Origin: an uncultured bacterium
Lineage (GTDB): Bacteria; Latescibacterota; Latescibacteria; Latescibacterales; Latescibacteraceae
Assembly: GCA_964456585.1 (NCBI GenBank)
Contig: CAYWBT010000004.1
Location: forward strand, 1 to 50,188
DNA: 50,188 nt
Direction: 5' to 3'
Shown here: positions 1-9,101 of the stretch, in pieces
How positions within the stretch are numbered: the first letter of the stretch is position 1
Layout of the letters: each line of letters opens with the position of its first letter
Translations under genes and position numbers: made by a program
The notes under the pieces: model-generated
What the model was told of the DNA's origin: nothing
Database searches by the model: none
The model's input: the letters and a program-made list of their open reading frames with translations, nothing else

Positions 1-44
1 GAGGCGGTAAAAATTACCCACCACAAAATACATGATATTTTCGC

Positions 45-73
45 TTGTTTTTTATGAAATAACACTATATATT
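45..73 (+). promoter_or_regulatory. Putative sigma70-type promoter for the ORF-kinase-regulator operon
   Basis: TTGTTT (45-50), 17 nt spacer, TATATT (68-73) in an AT-rich stretch upstream of the first ORF. Confidence 0.5.
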
Positions 74-216
74 GTTATGTAATTATTTATCGGTGTCATG
101 AAAATCAGGGTAATCTCGCTGGAAAGAATTTCCTTACCGGGACCAACCGGAGGACGGTCAGGGATGTTCATCGGCTCGTGTCAGATGCCGCACCGGCGGG
201 CAACCGGGGGGCAGAG

Positions 217-573
217 ATGGCAGATCCATCCGATGATGCAGGGCAGCTCATCGAGCACTATCGGACAACCGTGGAGCTCTATCAGCGCCTGGAATCCCTG
301 TCGAGTGAAATCTTAGATGCGCTGGCGGGCAGGGCGCCGCTTGGAAACATGAAGGAATGGCTCGGGGAGAAATTATCGATTGTCGAGCGTATCCAGGCCG
401 AGTCCAGGTACATAAGCGATCTCAAGATGAAGTTCCAGCTCACCGAGCCGGAGAGGACCGAGGTTCTGAAGGCGGAGGAACAGTTAACATCTGTTGTCGG
501 CCGTGTGGTTGAACAGGAAGACCAGAGCCGGGACCTTCTTATGAAGCAGGGAGTTAAAATTTCGAGGAAATGA
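217..573 (+). CDS. Small alpha-helical hypothetical protein, possibly FliT/FlgN-like chaperone
   Basis: ORF track 178..573; ATG at 217 follows a G-rich SD. Heptad-like helical sequence; the stop overlaps the kinase start (ATGA). Confidence 0.6.
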   Translation: MADPSDDAGQLIEHYRTTVELYQRLESLSSEILDALAGRAPLGNMKEWLGEKLSIVERIQAESRYISDLKMKFQLTEPERTEVLKAEEQLTSVVGRVVEQEDQSRDLLMKQGVKISRK

Positions 574-1976
574 TGTCCCCGAATAAGGCACCGTATACTA
601 AAGAACCCAAAGAAGCTGACGCGATTCCCGGAATATCCGGGATTCCCGCCGGTGTTACCCCCGAGATCGTCGTCTTTCTCGAGGGGCTCATCGCGTCGTT
701 CAACAAATCCGCCCAGGATCTCCAGAAAGCCTACAGCGCGCTCCAGGGTAAATTCGACAAGCTGAATCTCCGTCTCGAGGAAACGAACCGTGAACTCAGG
801 GTGAGCCTCGACGAGCAGGAGCGTCTCTCGAATTATCTCACCAACATCCTCGAGAGCCTTTCCACCGGCGTTCTCGTCGTCGATACCAGCGAGATGATCA
901 CCCTGTTCAACCGTGGCGCGGAACTCATGACCGGCCGGGCGGGCGCATCGGCGATCAACAAACAGTACCGTGAAGTCATGGGTACGGGCATGTCTGATGA
1001 ACTCACGCCCCTCGGCGCCCTCTCAGAAGGAATGGGCGGCGTCCAGATGGAAAAGACCATCGTCGCGCAAACCGGGGAAACCATACCGGTTGGTTATGCC
1101 GTCACACCCCTGGTGAATTCCACGGGCGACCAGATCGGTGCGGTGGAGATATTCATGGACATGCGCAGGATCAAGGCCCTCGAAGACGAGATATCACGGA
1201 TGGACAAGCTCGCGGCGCTGGGCCAGATGTCGGCAACCATGGCGCACAAGATTCGGAACCCCCTCGGCGGGATCGTGGGATATGCCGGCCTCCTCGATCG
1301 TCAGCTCGGCGAGAACGACAAGGGCAAGACCCATATTCGAAGGATCATCGACGGTGTCGACAAGATAAACCATATTATTACCAGCGTGCTCGCCTATAAT
1401 TCTCAACTCAAGCTTGTCCCGCGCACGATCGATCTCTCGGAGCGGATCGACGAGTTGATCAGTCTGGTGAAACAGGATAACGAGGAAATCGACTGTTCAC
1501 ATATCGGCTTCACCGTGAGCGAACCTGCCGAGCCGGTTATCATCGAGGCCGATGCTGACCAGATTAACAATGCGCTGCTCACGATTTTCCGCAACGCAAT
1601 CGAGGCGATCGAAGACGATGGCGGCATCGATGTGCGAATCATGACCGATAAGGTACAGAGAAGCACATCCTGCCCGCTCACTTCACGGCTCCTTGATAAA
1701 ATGAGGGAAGGCTCGAGGCTCATGAAGTCGCGGCGTCAATGCGGTATCATCACGATCACCGATTCGGGCGGGGGAATGGACGACGATATCCGGCAAAATC
1801 TGTTCGTTCCGTTCTTTACCACCAAGGAGAAGGGTATCGGGCTCGGACTTGCTTCGGCGCGCAAAATCATCGATGCGCATCATGGTGAAATATGGCTTGA
1901 GAGCACCGCTGAACTGGGAACGGCGGTCGGCATTATTCTGCCGGTTAAAAGTACCCTGAAGAGAAACGTGCGGTGA
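570..1976 (+). CDS. Cytoplasmic PAS-domain sensor histidine kinase, FlgS/FleS/FlrB-like
   Basis: N-terminal coiled coil, PAS (LESLSTGVLVVD...FNRGAE), H-box AHKIRNPL, N-box NAIEA, G1 DSGGG, F-box LFVPFFTTK, G2 GIGLGLA; no TM segment; precedes a sigma54 regulator in a flagellar cluster. Confidence 0.9.
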   Translation: MMSPNKAPYTKEPKEADAIPGISGIPAGVTPEIVVFLEGLIASFNKSAQDLQKAYSALQGKFDKLNLRLEETNRELRVSLDEQERLSNYLTNILESLSTGVLVVDTSEMITLFNRGAELMTGRAGASAINKQYREVMGTGMSDELTPLGALSEGMGGVQMEKTIVAQTGETIPVGYAVTPLVNSTGDQIGAVEIFMDMRRIKALEDEISRMDKLAALGQMSATMAHKIRNPLGGIVGYAGLLDRQLGENDKGKTHIRRIIDGVDKINHIITSVLAYNSQLKLVPRTIDLSERIDELISLVKQDNEEIDCSHIGFTVSEPAEPVIIEADADQINNALLTIFRNAIEAIEDDGGIDVRIMTDKVQRSTSCPLTSRLLDKMREGSRLMKSRRQCGIITITDSGGGMDDDIRQNLFVPFFTTKEKGIGLGLASARKIIDAHHGEIWLESTAELGTAVGIILPVKSTLKRNVR

Positions 1977-2074
1977 TTGTTTTGGAAACCTGCGGGGGAC
2001 GGCAGAACGTTCGCACGGTTCGGCGAAATATGATAAAAAAAGAAAAATTTTCATAGATACGACGAGGAAAGAAC

Positions 2075-3448
2075 ATGAGCAGAATTTTAGTCGTGGACGA
2101 CGAATCGCTGATGCGGGAATTTATCTCCGAGTCATTGATTTCCAAGGGATATGAGGTCGATGCGGCCGAGAACGGCGCAAAGGCTCTGGAACTGATGAAT
2201 TCAGAGACCTATGATCTGATACTGACCGATTTCAAGATGCCCAAGGTAACCGGCATGGATGTGCTGAGGAAAGCCGTCGAGAAAATGCCGGGTGTCAAGG
2301 TTGTCATCATGACCGCCTACGGTACTATTGAAAATGCGGTGGAAGCCATGAAAATCGGCGCCTTCGATTACATCACCAAGCCGTTCGGCGTCGAAGAGAT
2401 CCTCCTTTTGGTGAAGCGGGCTCTCGAATTCAAGAATCTCGAGGAAGAAAACCGCAAGATGCACACCGAACTCGAGGAAAAGTACGGCTATAAGAGCATG
2501 GCCGGCGAATCACCGGCGATGAAGAAGGTGTTTGAACTGATACAGACGATCAGCCAGTCGCGGTCAACCGTTCTCGTCACTGGAAATTCGGGGACCGGCA
2601 AGGAGTTGGTTGCCCGAGCCATACACTATACGAGTCCGCGGAAGAGCAACCCCTTCATCAAGATCAACTGTGCGGCGCTTCCCTCCGAGTTGATGGAGAG
2701 CGAACTTTTCGGGCACGAAAAGGGCGCATTTACCGGAGCAATCAAGCGGTACCACGGGAGATTCGAGCGTGCCAATGGCGGGACACTGCTCCTGGACGAG
2801 ATCAGCGAAATGAGCCCAGTGCTCCAGGCGAAGCTTCTCAGGGTGCTCCAGGAGCGGGAGTTTGAACCGGTCGGCTCATCGGACACCATTACCGCCGATG
2901 TGCGGATTATTGCCACAACCAACCGGAACCTCGAAGTGCTGATTAATGAGGGAAAGTTCCGTGAAGACCTTTTCTACCGGTTAAACGTTATATCGATTCA
3001 TCTGCCGCCCCTCAAAACGAGGATCAGCGACATCCCCCTGCTTACGAATGCTTTTCTCGACCGTTACAACCGTGAGAACGGCAAGGCGATCGAGGGGATT
3101 GCCGATGAGGTGCTGGAGTCATGGAAACTGTACCCCTGGCCCGGCAACGTGCGGGAGCTCGAAAATACCATTGAACGTGCGGTGGTGTTGTGCAAGGGAA
3201 AGATTCTCCAAATGTCCGATGTGTCGGAGCCTACCCAGAGTACCATGAACATTCCCGGAACAGAGAATACCATGCTTTCCACAAATGTGACCGGGATGAC
3301 GATTGCTGAAATGGAGCGTGAACTTATTCTGAATACCCTCGAGGTTCAGGGTGGCAACCGCACGACCACCGCGGAGATTCTCGGGATCAGCGTCCGTACG
3401 CTCCGGAACAAGCTTGCAGAGTACGGCAAGATGGACGCATTCAAGTAA
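2075..3448 (+). CDS. Sigma54-dependent response regulator (NtrC family), FlgR/FleR/FlrC-like
   Basis: Receiver (ILVVDDE, LTDFKMP), Walker A GNSGTGKE, intact GAFTGA, Walker B LLLDEI, WPGNVRELEN, C-terminal Fis-type HTH. Confidence 0.95.
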   Translation: MSRILVVDDESLMREFISESLISKGYEVDAAENGAKALELMNSETYDLILTDFKMPKVTGMDVLRKAVEKMPGVKVVIMTAYGTIENAVEAMKIGAFDYITKPFGVEEILLLVKRALEFKNLEEENRKMHTELEEKYGYKSMAGESPAMKKVFELIQTISQSRSTVLVTGNSGTGKELVARAIHYTSPRKSNPFIKINCAALPSELMESELFGHEKGAFTGAIKRYHGRFERANGGTLLLDEISEMSPVLQAKLLRVLQEREFEPVGSSDTITADVRIIATTNRNLEVLINEGKFREDLFYRLNVISIHLPPLKTRISDIPLLTNAFLDRYNRENGKAIEGIADEVLESWKLYPWPGNVRELENTIERAVVLCKGKILQMSDVSEPTQSTMNIPGTENTMLSTNVTGMTIAEMERELILNTLEVQGGNRTTTAEILGISVRTLRNKLAEYGKMDAFK

Positions 3449-3558
3449 GCTGTTACGTTTTTGAAGGGAAGCAGGTTTTTTTGGGCGGGAGAACGCACAG
3501 AAAAGTGATGTTTTTATTATCAAAAATGAGACGGCGTTTCAAGTATGATATGGGGGAA

Positions 3559-3573
3559 AGGAAATTATTTCCT
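3559..3573. promoter_or_regulatory. Putative enhancer (UAS) palindrome upstream of the flgB sigma54 promoter
   Basis: AGGAAAT-T-ATTTCCT palindrome about 138 bp upstream of the -24 GG; the same core occurs at the other two sigma54 promoters. Confidence 0.55.
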
Positions 3574-3696
3574 GTTTCCTCCACCGCCACAATCCTTCCT
3601 CAAGGGCTCTCTGTCTCATTCCGGAGTCGCATAATTTGGATAACATGTTGTAATATAAGGAATAGTACACTATTTGTGAAGGAATATTGTGGTCTT

Positions 3697-3712
3697 TGGC
3701 ACAGACTTTGCA
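3697..3712 (+). promoter_or_regulatory. Sigma54 (-24/-12) promoter of flgB
   Basis: TGGCAC-AGACT-TTGCA, exact GG-N10-GC spacing, 52 nt before the flgB ATG. Confidence 0.88.
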
Positions 3713-3764
3713 ACACTAAAAGGGCGAACAGAAATTTTATATAAACCACCCAGATGGAGTAGTC

Positions 3765-4175
3765 ATGGTTCGGGAAGCGTTATTTGGTACGAAATCATTT
3801 GTTGTGCTCGGCAAACTGCTTGACAGGTCGGCGCTGACACAGCGTGTTATCTCATCAAACGTCGCCAATGTCACCACCCCTGGGTACGAGCGACTTGGTG
3901 TTGATTTCGGCCGGCACCTGAGGCGTGCCTATCGTGCGATGCAGAGTACGATGAAGAGAACGCATCCGAAACATGTCCCGGCTCCCACCACGGCAGAGGA
4001 TGTTTCGCCGGATGTTGTACGGGTGCAGAATGGTTACTGGAATGGGATCAATAATGTCAATATGGAGCAGGAGATGGTCGATCTCGCCAAAAACCAGCTC
4101 GATTTCAATATCGGGGTCAAGCTTTTGAACAGCAAGTTCACGCAGCTTCGGACCGCGATCAGGGGAAGGCGATAA
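3765..4175 (+). CDS. flgB: Flagellar basal-body rod protein FlgB
   Basis: VISSNVANVTTPGY, THPKH and NNVNMEQEM motifs. Confidence 0.95.
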   Translation: MVREALFGTKSFVVLGKLLDRSALTQRVISSNVANVTTPGYERLGVDFGRHLRRAYRAMQSTMKRTHPKHVPAPTTAEDVSPDVVRVQNGYWNGINNVNMEQEMVDLAKNQLDFNIGVKLLNSKFTQLRTAIRGRR

Positions 4176-4178
4176 GTC

Positions 4179-4703
4179 ATGAGAACGATTCGTGACGCGA
4201 GCAGGATTTTTGGCGGGAATATGTACCGCTCCATCGATATCGCCGCTTCCGGGATGTCGGTACAACGCAGGAAGATGGATGCGATAGCATCGAATATCGC
4301 CAATGCCACGACGACAAATGTTGATGGCCAGGGCAATCCCTACCTGCGGCGTCAGGTACTCATACACCCGGGGGAACGGCGTACGTTTGAAAGGACGCTC
4401 ACCGAAGCAGGGCTGCGACTCAAGAATACGAGGTACGGTCATGTCAGAGGAGGGCCCTCGCGGAGGGAAACTACATACGCAAATGTAGTGGGGAGCGAAG
4501 AGATCGAGATGCCGAATACCGGGAAGAACACAATTTACGAGCCCGCTCATCCCGATGCTGATGCGGAAGGCAAGGTTACCTATCCTGATGTCGATATCGT
4601 CGTTGAGATGGTCGAAATGATGGTAGCGAACAGGATTTTTGATGCAAATGTCACCGTGGTCAATGCGGGCAAAAGCATGATCATGAGGTCGCTGGAAATA
4701 TAA
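4179..4703 (+). CDS. flgC: Flagellar basal-body rod protein FlgC
   Basis: IAASGMSVQRRKMDAIASNIANA, YEPAHPDADAEGKVTYPDV, C-terminal SLEI; the start may be the ATG at 4221. Confidence 0.95.
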   Translation: MRTIRDASRIFGGNMYRSIDIAASGMSVQRRKMDAIASNIANATTTNVDGQGNPYLRRQVLIHPGERRTFERTLTEAGLRLKNTRYGHVRGGPSRRETTYANVVGSEEIEMPNTGKNTIYEPAHPDADAEGKVTYPDVDIVVEMVEMMVANRIFDANVTVVNAGKSMIMRSLEI

Positions 4704-4734
4704 CACGGATCATGACATACTAGAGGTGTGATCA

Positions 4735-5010
4735 GTGATTGAGGTTAAGAGTATTGCCACCTACGATGGCAATTTGTCATATAACAACGAAGCGCGGCGA
4801 AACCGTGAATATGCGGGCGCCCAGTTCAACAGTTTCCTCGAGCACACCGGCGGGGACGTTGAGGATGTTCGTACGAATACCGGTGTAGAGAGTAGTGAAC
4901 GCGAAGAAAACGCGCTGATTACCAGGATGGAGATTATCACCTATGACTTTTTCGGCAAGAGATTGAATTCAGAACGGTTTTACGGCCGTGCAGTCAATCT
5001 TGTGATCTGA
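4735..5010 (+). CDS. Small hypothetical protein in the flgBC operon
   Basis: GTG start after GAGGTG SD; co-oriented in the operon; C-terminus TYDFFGK...GRAVNLVI. Confidence 0.6.
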   Translation: MIEVKSIATYDGNLSYNNEARRNREYAGAQFNSFLEHTGGDVEDVRTNTGVESSEREENALITRMEIITYDFFGKRLNSERFYGRAVNLVI

Positions 5011-5157
5011 CCGGAAATGTCTCTACCGGCGGTTGAGGGCCAATGCAGAGCAATTTTGCTTGGCCACCCCGACAGCCGGCAATGTAATACGTCTCACCAG
5101 TTGGATGTGTAAAGAGAACCTTGTGCCGCATCCACAAAATGAGGGTAGAAAACTACT

Positions 5158-5799
5158 ATGAGAAAAATGATTTTTATCGGAATCAACCTATTAATTTTTA
5201 TAGCAGCGCTCTATGCGCTCGATAATTGTGCAGTTCCGGCGAACTCCGATCTGGTTGAAGTCAGAAAAATCAGAACGATACACACCGATGTTGCTATTCC
5301 CACGATGACACTGACCGATGAGATGCGCGCAGGACTGTTCTTCGAGAGGCTGCGTGTTGACACTTCGGTCATCAGGCCCAAAGCCATCCGGGAGAGCATT
5401 AATCCCTGGGAAGCCCAGATCAGGCGCTATTCTGCGAAGTATCGTGTCGATCCCGATCTGGTACGGGCAATCATCTATGCAGAAAGCAAGGGGAATCCCA
5501 CGGTAATATCGAGAGTCGGAGCCCAGGGACTTATGCAGCTTATGCCGAGAACCGGAGCCTTTATGGGTATCAGCGACCTCCTCGATCCCGAAGAAAACAT
5601 CAAGGCGGGAGTAAAATATATTGCCTGGTTGATCAAGTACAGCAATAGAGATTTCGATGAACACGAGTTGCTCTGGGCCTGGAATGCGGGACAGGCAAAG
5701 TTTGACAGCAACATCATCCCTGGTGAAACAAGAAAGTTCATTATAGAGGTAATCTCGGTCAAAACATTCCTGAAAGAGAATAGAAGCCAGACGATTTAA
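5158..5799 (+). CDS. Lytic transglycosylase (SLT domain) with N-terminal signal/anchor
   Basis: VDPDLVRAIIYAES (catalytic Glu), GAQGLMQLMP, NIKAGVKY, AWNAG (variant of AYNAG); hydrophobic N-terminus. Confidence 0.9.
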   Translation: MRKMIFIGINLLIFIAALYALDNCAVPANSDLVEVRKIRTIHTDVAIPTMTLTDEMRAGLFFERLRVDTSVIRPKAIRESINPWEAQIRRYSAKYRVDPDLVRAIIYAESKGNPTVISRVGAQGLMQLMPRTGAFMGISDLLDPEENIKAGVKYIAWLIKYSNRDFDEHELLWAWNAGQAKFDSNIIPGETRKFIIEVISVKTFLKENRSQTI

Positions 5800-6042
5800 G
5801 GGGAAGGAAAGCGTCACGCTTTTTGATGCTGAAGCCTCCCCCGGGTTTCTTGACCGGACAGAACAGTCGGAAGCGGTGAGTGACAGGTCATCCGTTTGTC
5901 GTACTAGCTCCCTGATTTGAATCTCTTTCACCTACCGTGGCGGGATTATTCCAGACCACACCCGAGGCGGTTGTTACCTTTTCACCGTGATGATAAAGGT
6001 GGTGGGCAGTCCGGCGAAATTCAGGAAAGTGAAAGATTTCGG

Positions 6043-6071
6043 TTGACAAATCAAAATATTTACACTAAACT
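6043..6071 (+). promoter_or_regulatory. Sigma70-type promoter of fliE-fliJ
   Basis: TTGACA, 17 nt spacer, TAAACT, 24 nt upstream of the fliE start. Confidence 0.75.
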
Positions 6072-6095
6072 AGGAATTTAAGGGGGGTCGAGTAA

Positions 6096-6395
6096 GTGAG
6101 TAATCCAATTACACGAATCGGCAACCAGGGAATCGCATCAAAGGTGGGGATGCCGGGAAAGATTGAAGTTGACGGCGATTCCTTTGAGGGTACACTGAAT
6201 AAATTCGTCAAGGACGTGAACGGTCTACAGCACCGGGCTGACGAATCGATTGAGAAGCTGGACGCCGGCGAGATTACCGATGTCCATGAGGTCATGATCG
6301 CGGTCAATGAAGCGAACACTGCCATGGAGTTTATGCTCGAGATACGGAACAAGATTGTTGAGGCCTATCAAGAGATTATGCGGATGCCCGTGTGA
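6096..6395 (+). CDS. fliE: Flagellar hook-basal body complex protein FliE
   Basis: DVHEVMIA...EIRNKIVEAYQEIMRMPV signature. Confidence 0.95.
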   Translation: MSNPITRIGNQGIASKVGMPGKIEVDGDSFEGTLNKFVKDVNGLQHRADESIEKLDAGEITDVHEVMIAVNEANTAMEFMLEIRNKIVEAYQEIMRMPV

Positions 6396-6512
6396 CCATT
6401 TTCTCTCGTATTCACGGCACGTCTGGGGGGGTGTGCCGGGAAGTTACCGGAAGTTTGCGTGACTGTTTCTTGAGGCTTGTGAAAGTCGTCGTGGGCGATC
6501 GGAGCCGATAGA

Positions 6513-8030
6513 ATGTTTGAAATGTTTAATGGGATACTGTCGAGGCTCAAGCATATCTGGGACTCGATGAACATGAATCAGAAAGTAATCAGCGGCGGCA
6601 TTCTTGTCGCTCTGGCGATTACCTTCGCTTATCTTTTCACCCTCCGTACAACTTTAATTGATTACTCTCCCCTGTATTCCGGACTTGATGCCAAGAGTGC
6701 CTCCGAAATTGTCAGCCGGTTAGAACAGCAGAAAATCCCCTACAAACTTTCACCCGATGGAACCACCATAGAAGTGCCGCGGGACAAGGCAACCTCCCTG
6801 CAAATTAATTTAGCCGCAGATGGACTTCCCTCTACTGGTATTGTCGGTTTCGAGCTGCTCGACACCACACAGTTCGGCATATCCGAGCGTCTCCAAGAGG
6901 TTAACATACAGCGTGCGCTCCAGGGTGAATTGAGTAAGGCACTCATGTCGATCGATGCTGTTGAATGGTCGAATGTCAACCTCTCCATTCCCGAGCCGGC
7001 TCTGTTTACTGAGATGGAACAACCGACCACCGCTGCAGTGATTCTCAAGTTTAAGGGCTCACGGGGACTCTCTCAGAAACAGATCGAAGGGCTCACGAAC
7101 TTCATCGGTTCCGCCGTTCCCGGTCTCGAACCCCGGAATGTGGCCATCGTCGATACCAAGGGCAATACCCTGACGCCCACATATCAGGACGAGGGTGCAC
7201 TGCTTTCCAGCACACAGTGGGAAGTAAAGATGCAGGTTGACCACTCTCTGGCAAATAAGGTCAAGCAGCTGCTCGATGGTGCGTTTGGTCCGGGGAAATC
7301 ACTGGTAACGGTGAACGCGCAGCTCGACTGGGACAGGATCGAACGCAGCACGACGTCGTATGATAATGTAGCGAGTGCCATGGTGTCGGAGGAGCGTGAA
7401 ACTGAAACGGAACCGACGCCGGATGGGATAGGTGAATACGAGAGAAGTTCGGTCAATTATGAAACAGGTCAGGTCGTAGAAAATTTTGTGAAAAATCCGG
7501 GCGATATATCGCGTCTATCGGTGAGTGTCTTCATTGACAAGCATGATTCGACCTGGACCGATGCGGAGGGAGATACGCAGAGTACCAAAGTTTCCTGGAG
7601 TGAAGCCAAGCTGGCCTCGATTGTATCGATCGTGGAAAATGCGGTTGGTTTTGATTCGCTGCGAGGCGACACGGTCGAGGTTGTTGAATCGGAATTCGGT
7701 GCGGTGGTGCCGGCAGGTGTCGGAGCAGGTGGAATTGCCATGGGTGCGACAATTATTGAAAGTGTTCGTGCAATCGTTATGGGGCTTGCGATCATTGCGG
7801 CGATCGGTGTTTTCTTCCTCATCATGAGATCGATTACCCAATCCCTCGATCCCGCGAAGATGGCGATAAAGGCAGAAAAGGAATTGAAGAAAACAGCGAT
7901 CTTAACCGAGGAAGAAGAAGAAGGGGGCGAAAGCGAGCGTGAGATCATGGTTCGTAAGATAACGAAGGCCTCGGTGGGAGATCCAGAAATCGCGGCAAAA
8001 ACCTTGAAAACGTTTTTCAAGATGGATTAA
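6513..8030 (+). CDS. fliF: Flagellar MS-ring protein FliF
   Basis: Two TM segments, GFELLD...FG, QRALQGEL, PTTAAVILK, SAVPGL, GDISRLSVSV. Confidence 0.95.
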   Translation: MFEMFNGILSRLKHIWDSMNMNQKVISGGILVALAITFAYLFTLRTTLIDYSPLYSGLDAKSASEIVSRLEQQKIPYKLSPDGTTIEVPRDKATSLQINLAADGLPSTGIVGFELLDTTQFGISERLQEVNIQRALQGELSKALMSIDAVEWSNVNLSIPEPALFTEMEQPTTAAVILKFKGSRGLSQKQIEGLTNFIGSAVPGLEPRNVAIVDTKGNTLTPTYQDEGALLSSTQWEVKMQVDHSLANKVKQLLDGAFGPGKSLVTVNAQLDWDRIERSTTSYDNVASAMVSEERETETEPTPDGIGEYERSSVNYETGQVVENFVKNPGDISRLSVSVFIDKHDSTWTDAEGDTQSTKVSWSEAKLASIVSIVENAVGFDSLRGDTVEVVESEFGAVVPAGVGAGGIAMGATIIESVRAIVMGLAIIAAIGVFFLIMRSITQSLDPAKMAIKAEKELKKTAILTEEEEEGGESEREIMVRKITKASVGDPEIAAKTLKTFFKMD

Positions 8031-8063
8031 CAGTTTTGTGCTATTCCGAAAGCGGAGAGAGTT

Positions 8064-9101
8064 GTGCTTGAGCCTACCAGAGTAGAATCCCGGGCGGTCG
8101 ATGAATTAACCTCGCTGGAGAAAGCGGCGATCATCCTGATTGCCCTGGGGAAAGAAATTTCATCTCAGATCCTGCGTCACATGTCTGACAAGGAAATCGA
8201 ACGGCTGTCCACCGAGATCGTCCGTGTCGAAAATATTGATTCAAAAACTGAGATGGCAGTACTGAAAGAGTTCTATTCTCTCTTGCGGGCCTCGGAATAT
8301 GTCAGTGAAGGCGGTATGGATTATGCCCGGGAAGTTCTCGAATCATCGGTCGGGAAAAATCGATCCGATGATATGCTGAAAAGAATCCAGGGTACCCTGA
8401 ATCCCAGCGGTTTTAGTCTTCTCAAAGATGTTGACCCCATGCATCTGCTCGAGTTTATCAGGAACGAGCATCCTCAGACGATCGCACTCATCCTTTCGCA
8501 GCTGAATCCCGCCCAGGCATCGCAGGTTCTCGGTCAGCTCCCCGAGGATGTCCAGACCGATGTGGCCATGCGTATCGCAACCATGGAGAAAATCTCTCCC
8601 GAGGTGATTCATGAGATAGAATCCGTTCTTGATGTTCATCTCAAGGAAGTTATTTCCGGGAACCTTTCCGCATCCGGTGGTATCAAGGCGGTCGCTTCGA
8701 TTCTCAATCTTGTCGACCGGAGCACGGAAAAGTCTATCCTCGGCAACATGGAAATGGAGAATCCCGAATTGACCGCCAACATCAAGAATCTCATGTTCGT
8801 GTTTGAGGATCTTCTTATTCTTGATGACCGCGGCATCCAGCTCATTCTCAAGGAGGTCGACACAAAGGAGCTGTCAATCGCGCTCAAGGCGGCATCGGAA
8901 GAGCTGCAAGAGAAGGTTTTCAAGAACACCTCCTCCCGTGTTGAGGAAATGATCAAGGAGGAGATGGAGTATGCCGGGCCGCTACGCCTGAGCATTGTTG
9001 AAGAAGCTCAGCAGCGTATTGTCGAGATCGTCCGGCGGCTCGAGGAAGAACAGCAGATTGTCATTGTCAGAGGTGGCGAAGGAGGAGAAATATTTGTCTA
9101 A
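8064..9101 (+). CDS. fliG: Flagellar motor switch protein FliG
   Basis: KAAIILIALG, GGMDYAREVL, EHPQTIALIL, MFVFEDL, VEEAQQRIV. Confidence 0.97.
   Translation: MLEPTRVESRAVDELTSLEKAAIILIALGKEISSQILRHMSDKEIERLSTEIVRVENIDSKTEMAVLKEFYSLLRASEYVSEGGMDYAREVLESSVGKNRSDDMLKRIQGTLNPSGFSLLKDVDPMHLLEFIRNEHPQTIALILSQLNPAQASQVLGQLPEDVQTDVAMRIATMEKISPEVIHEIESVLDVHLKEVISGNLSASGGIKAVASILNLVDRSTEKSILGNMEMENPELTANIKNLMFVFEDLLILDDRGIQLILKEVDTKELSIALKAASEELQEKVFKNTSSRVEEMIKEEMEYAGPLRLSIVEEAQQRIVEIVRRLEEEQQIVIVRGGEGGEIFV

Noticed and set aside
3855-4706. 283-aa minus-strand ORF
   Set aside because: Antisense shadow of flgB/flgC with no recognisable motifs.
5808-5824. AAAGCG-TCA-CGCTTT hairpin with T-run after the transglycosylase
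   Set aside because: The GC stem is too short to call a terminator with confidence.
5191-5931. 246-aa minus-strand ORF
   Set aside because: Antisense to the clearly recognisable lytic transglycosylase.
5800-6040. Search for a c-di-GMP riboswitch in this and other long spacers
   Set aside because: No GEMM hallmark (GGCAAAC...GAAA...GACGCAAAG) seen by eye; an Infernal/Rfam scan would be decisive.
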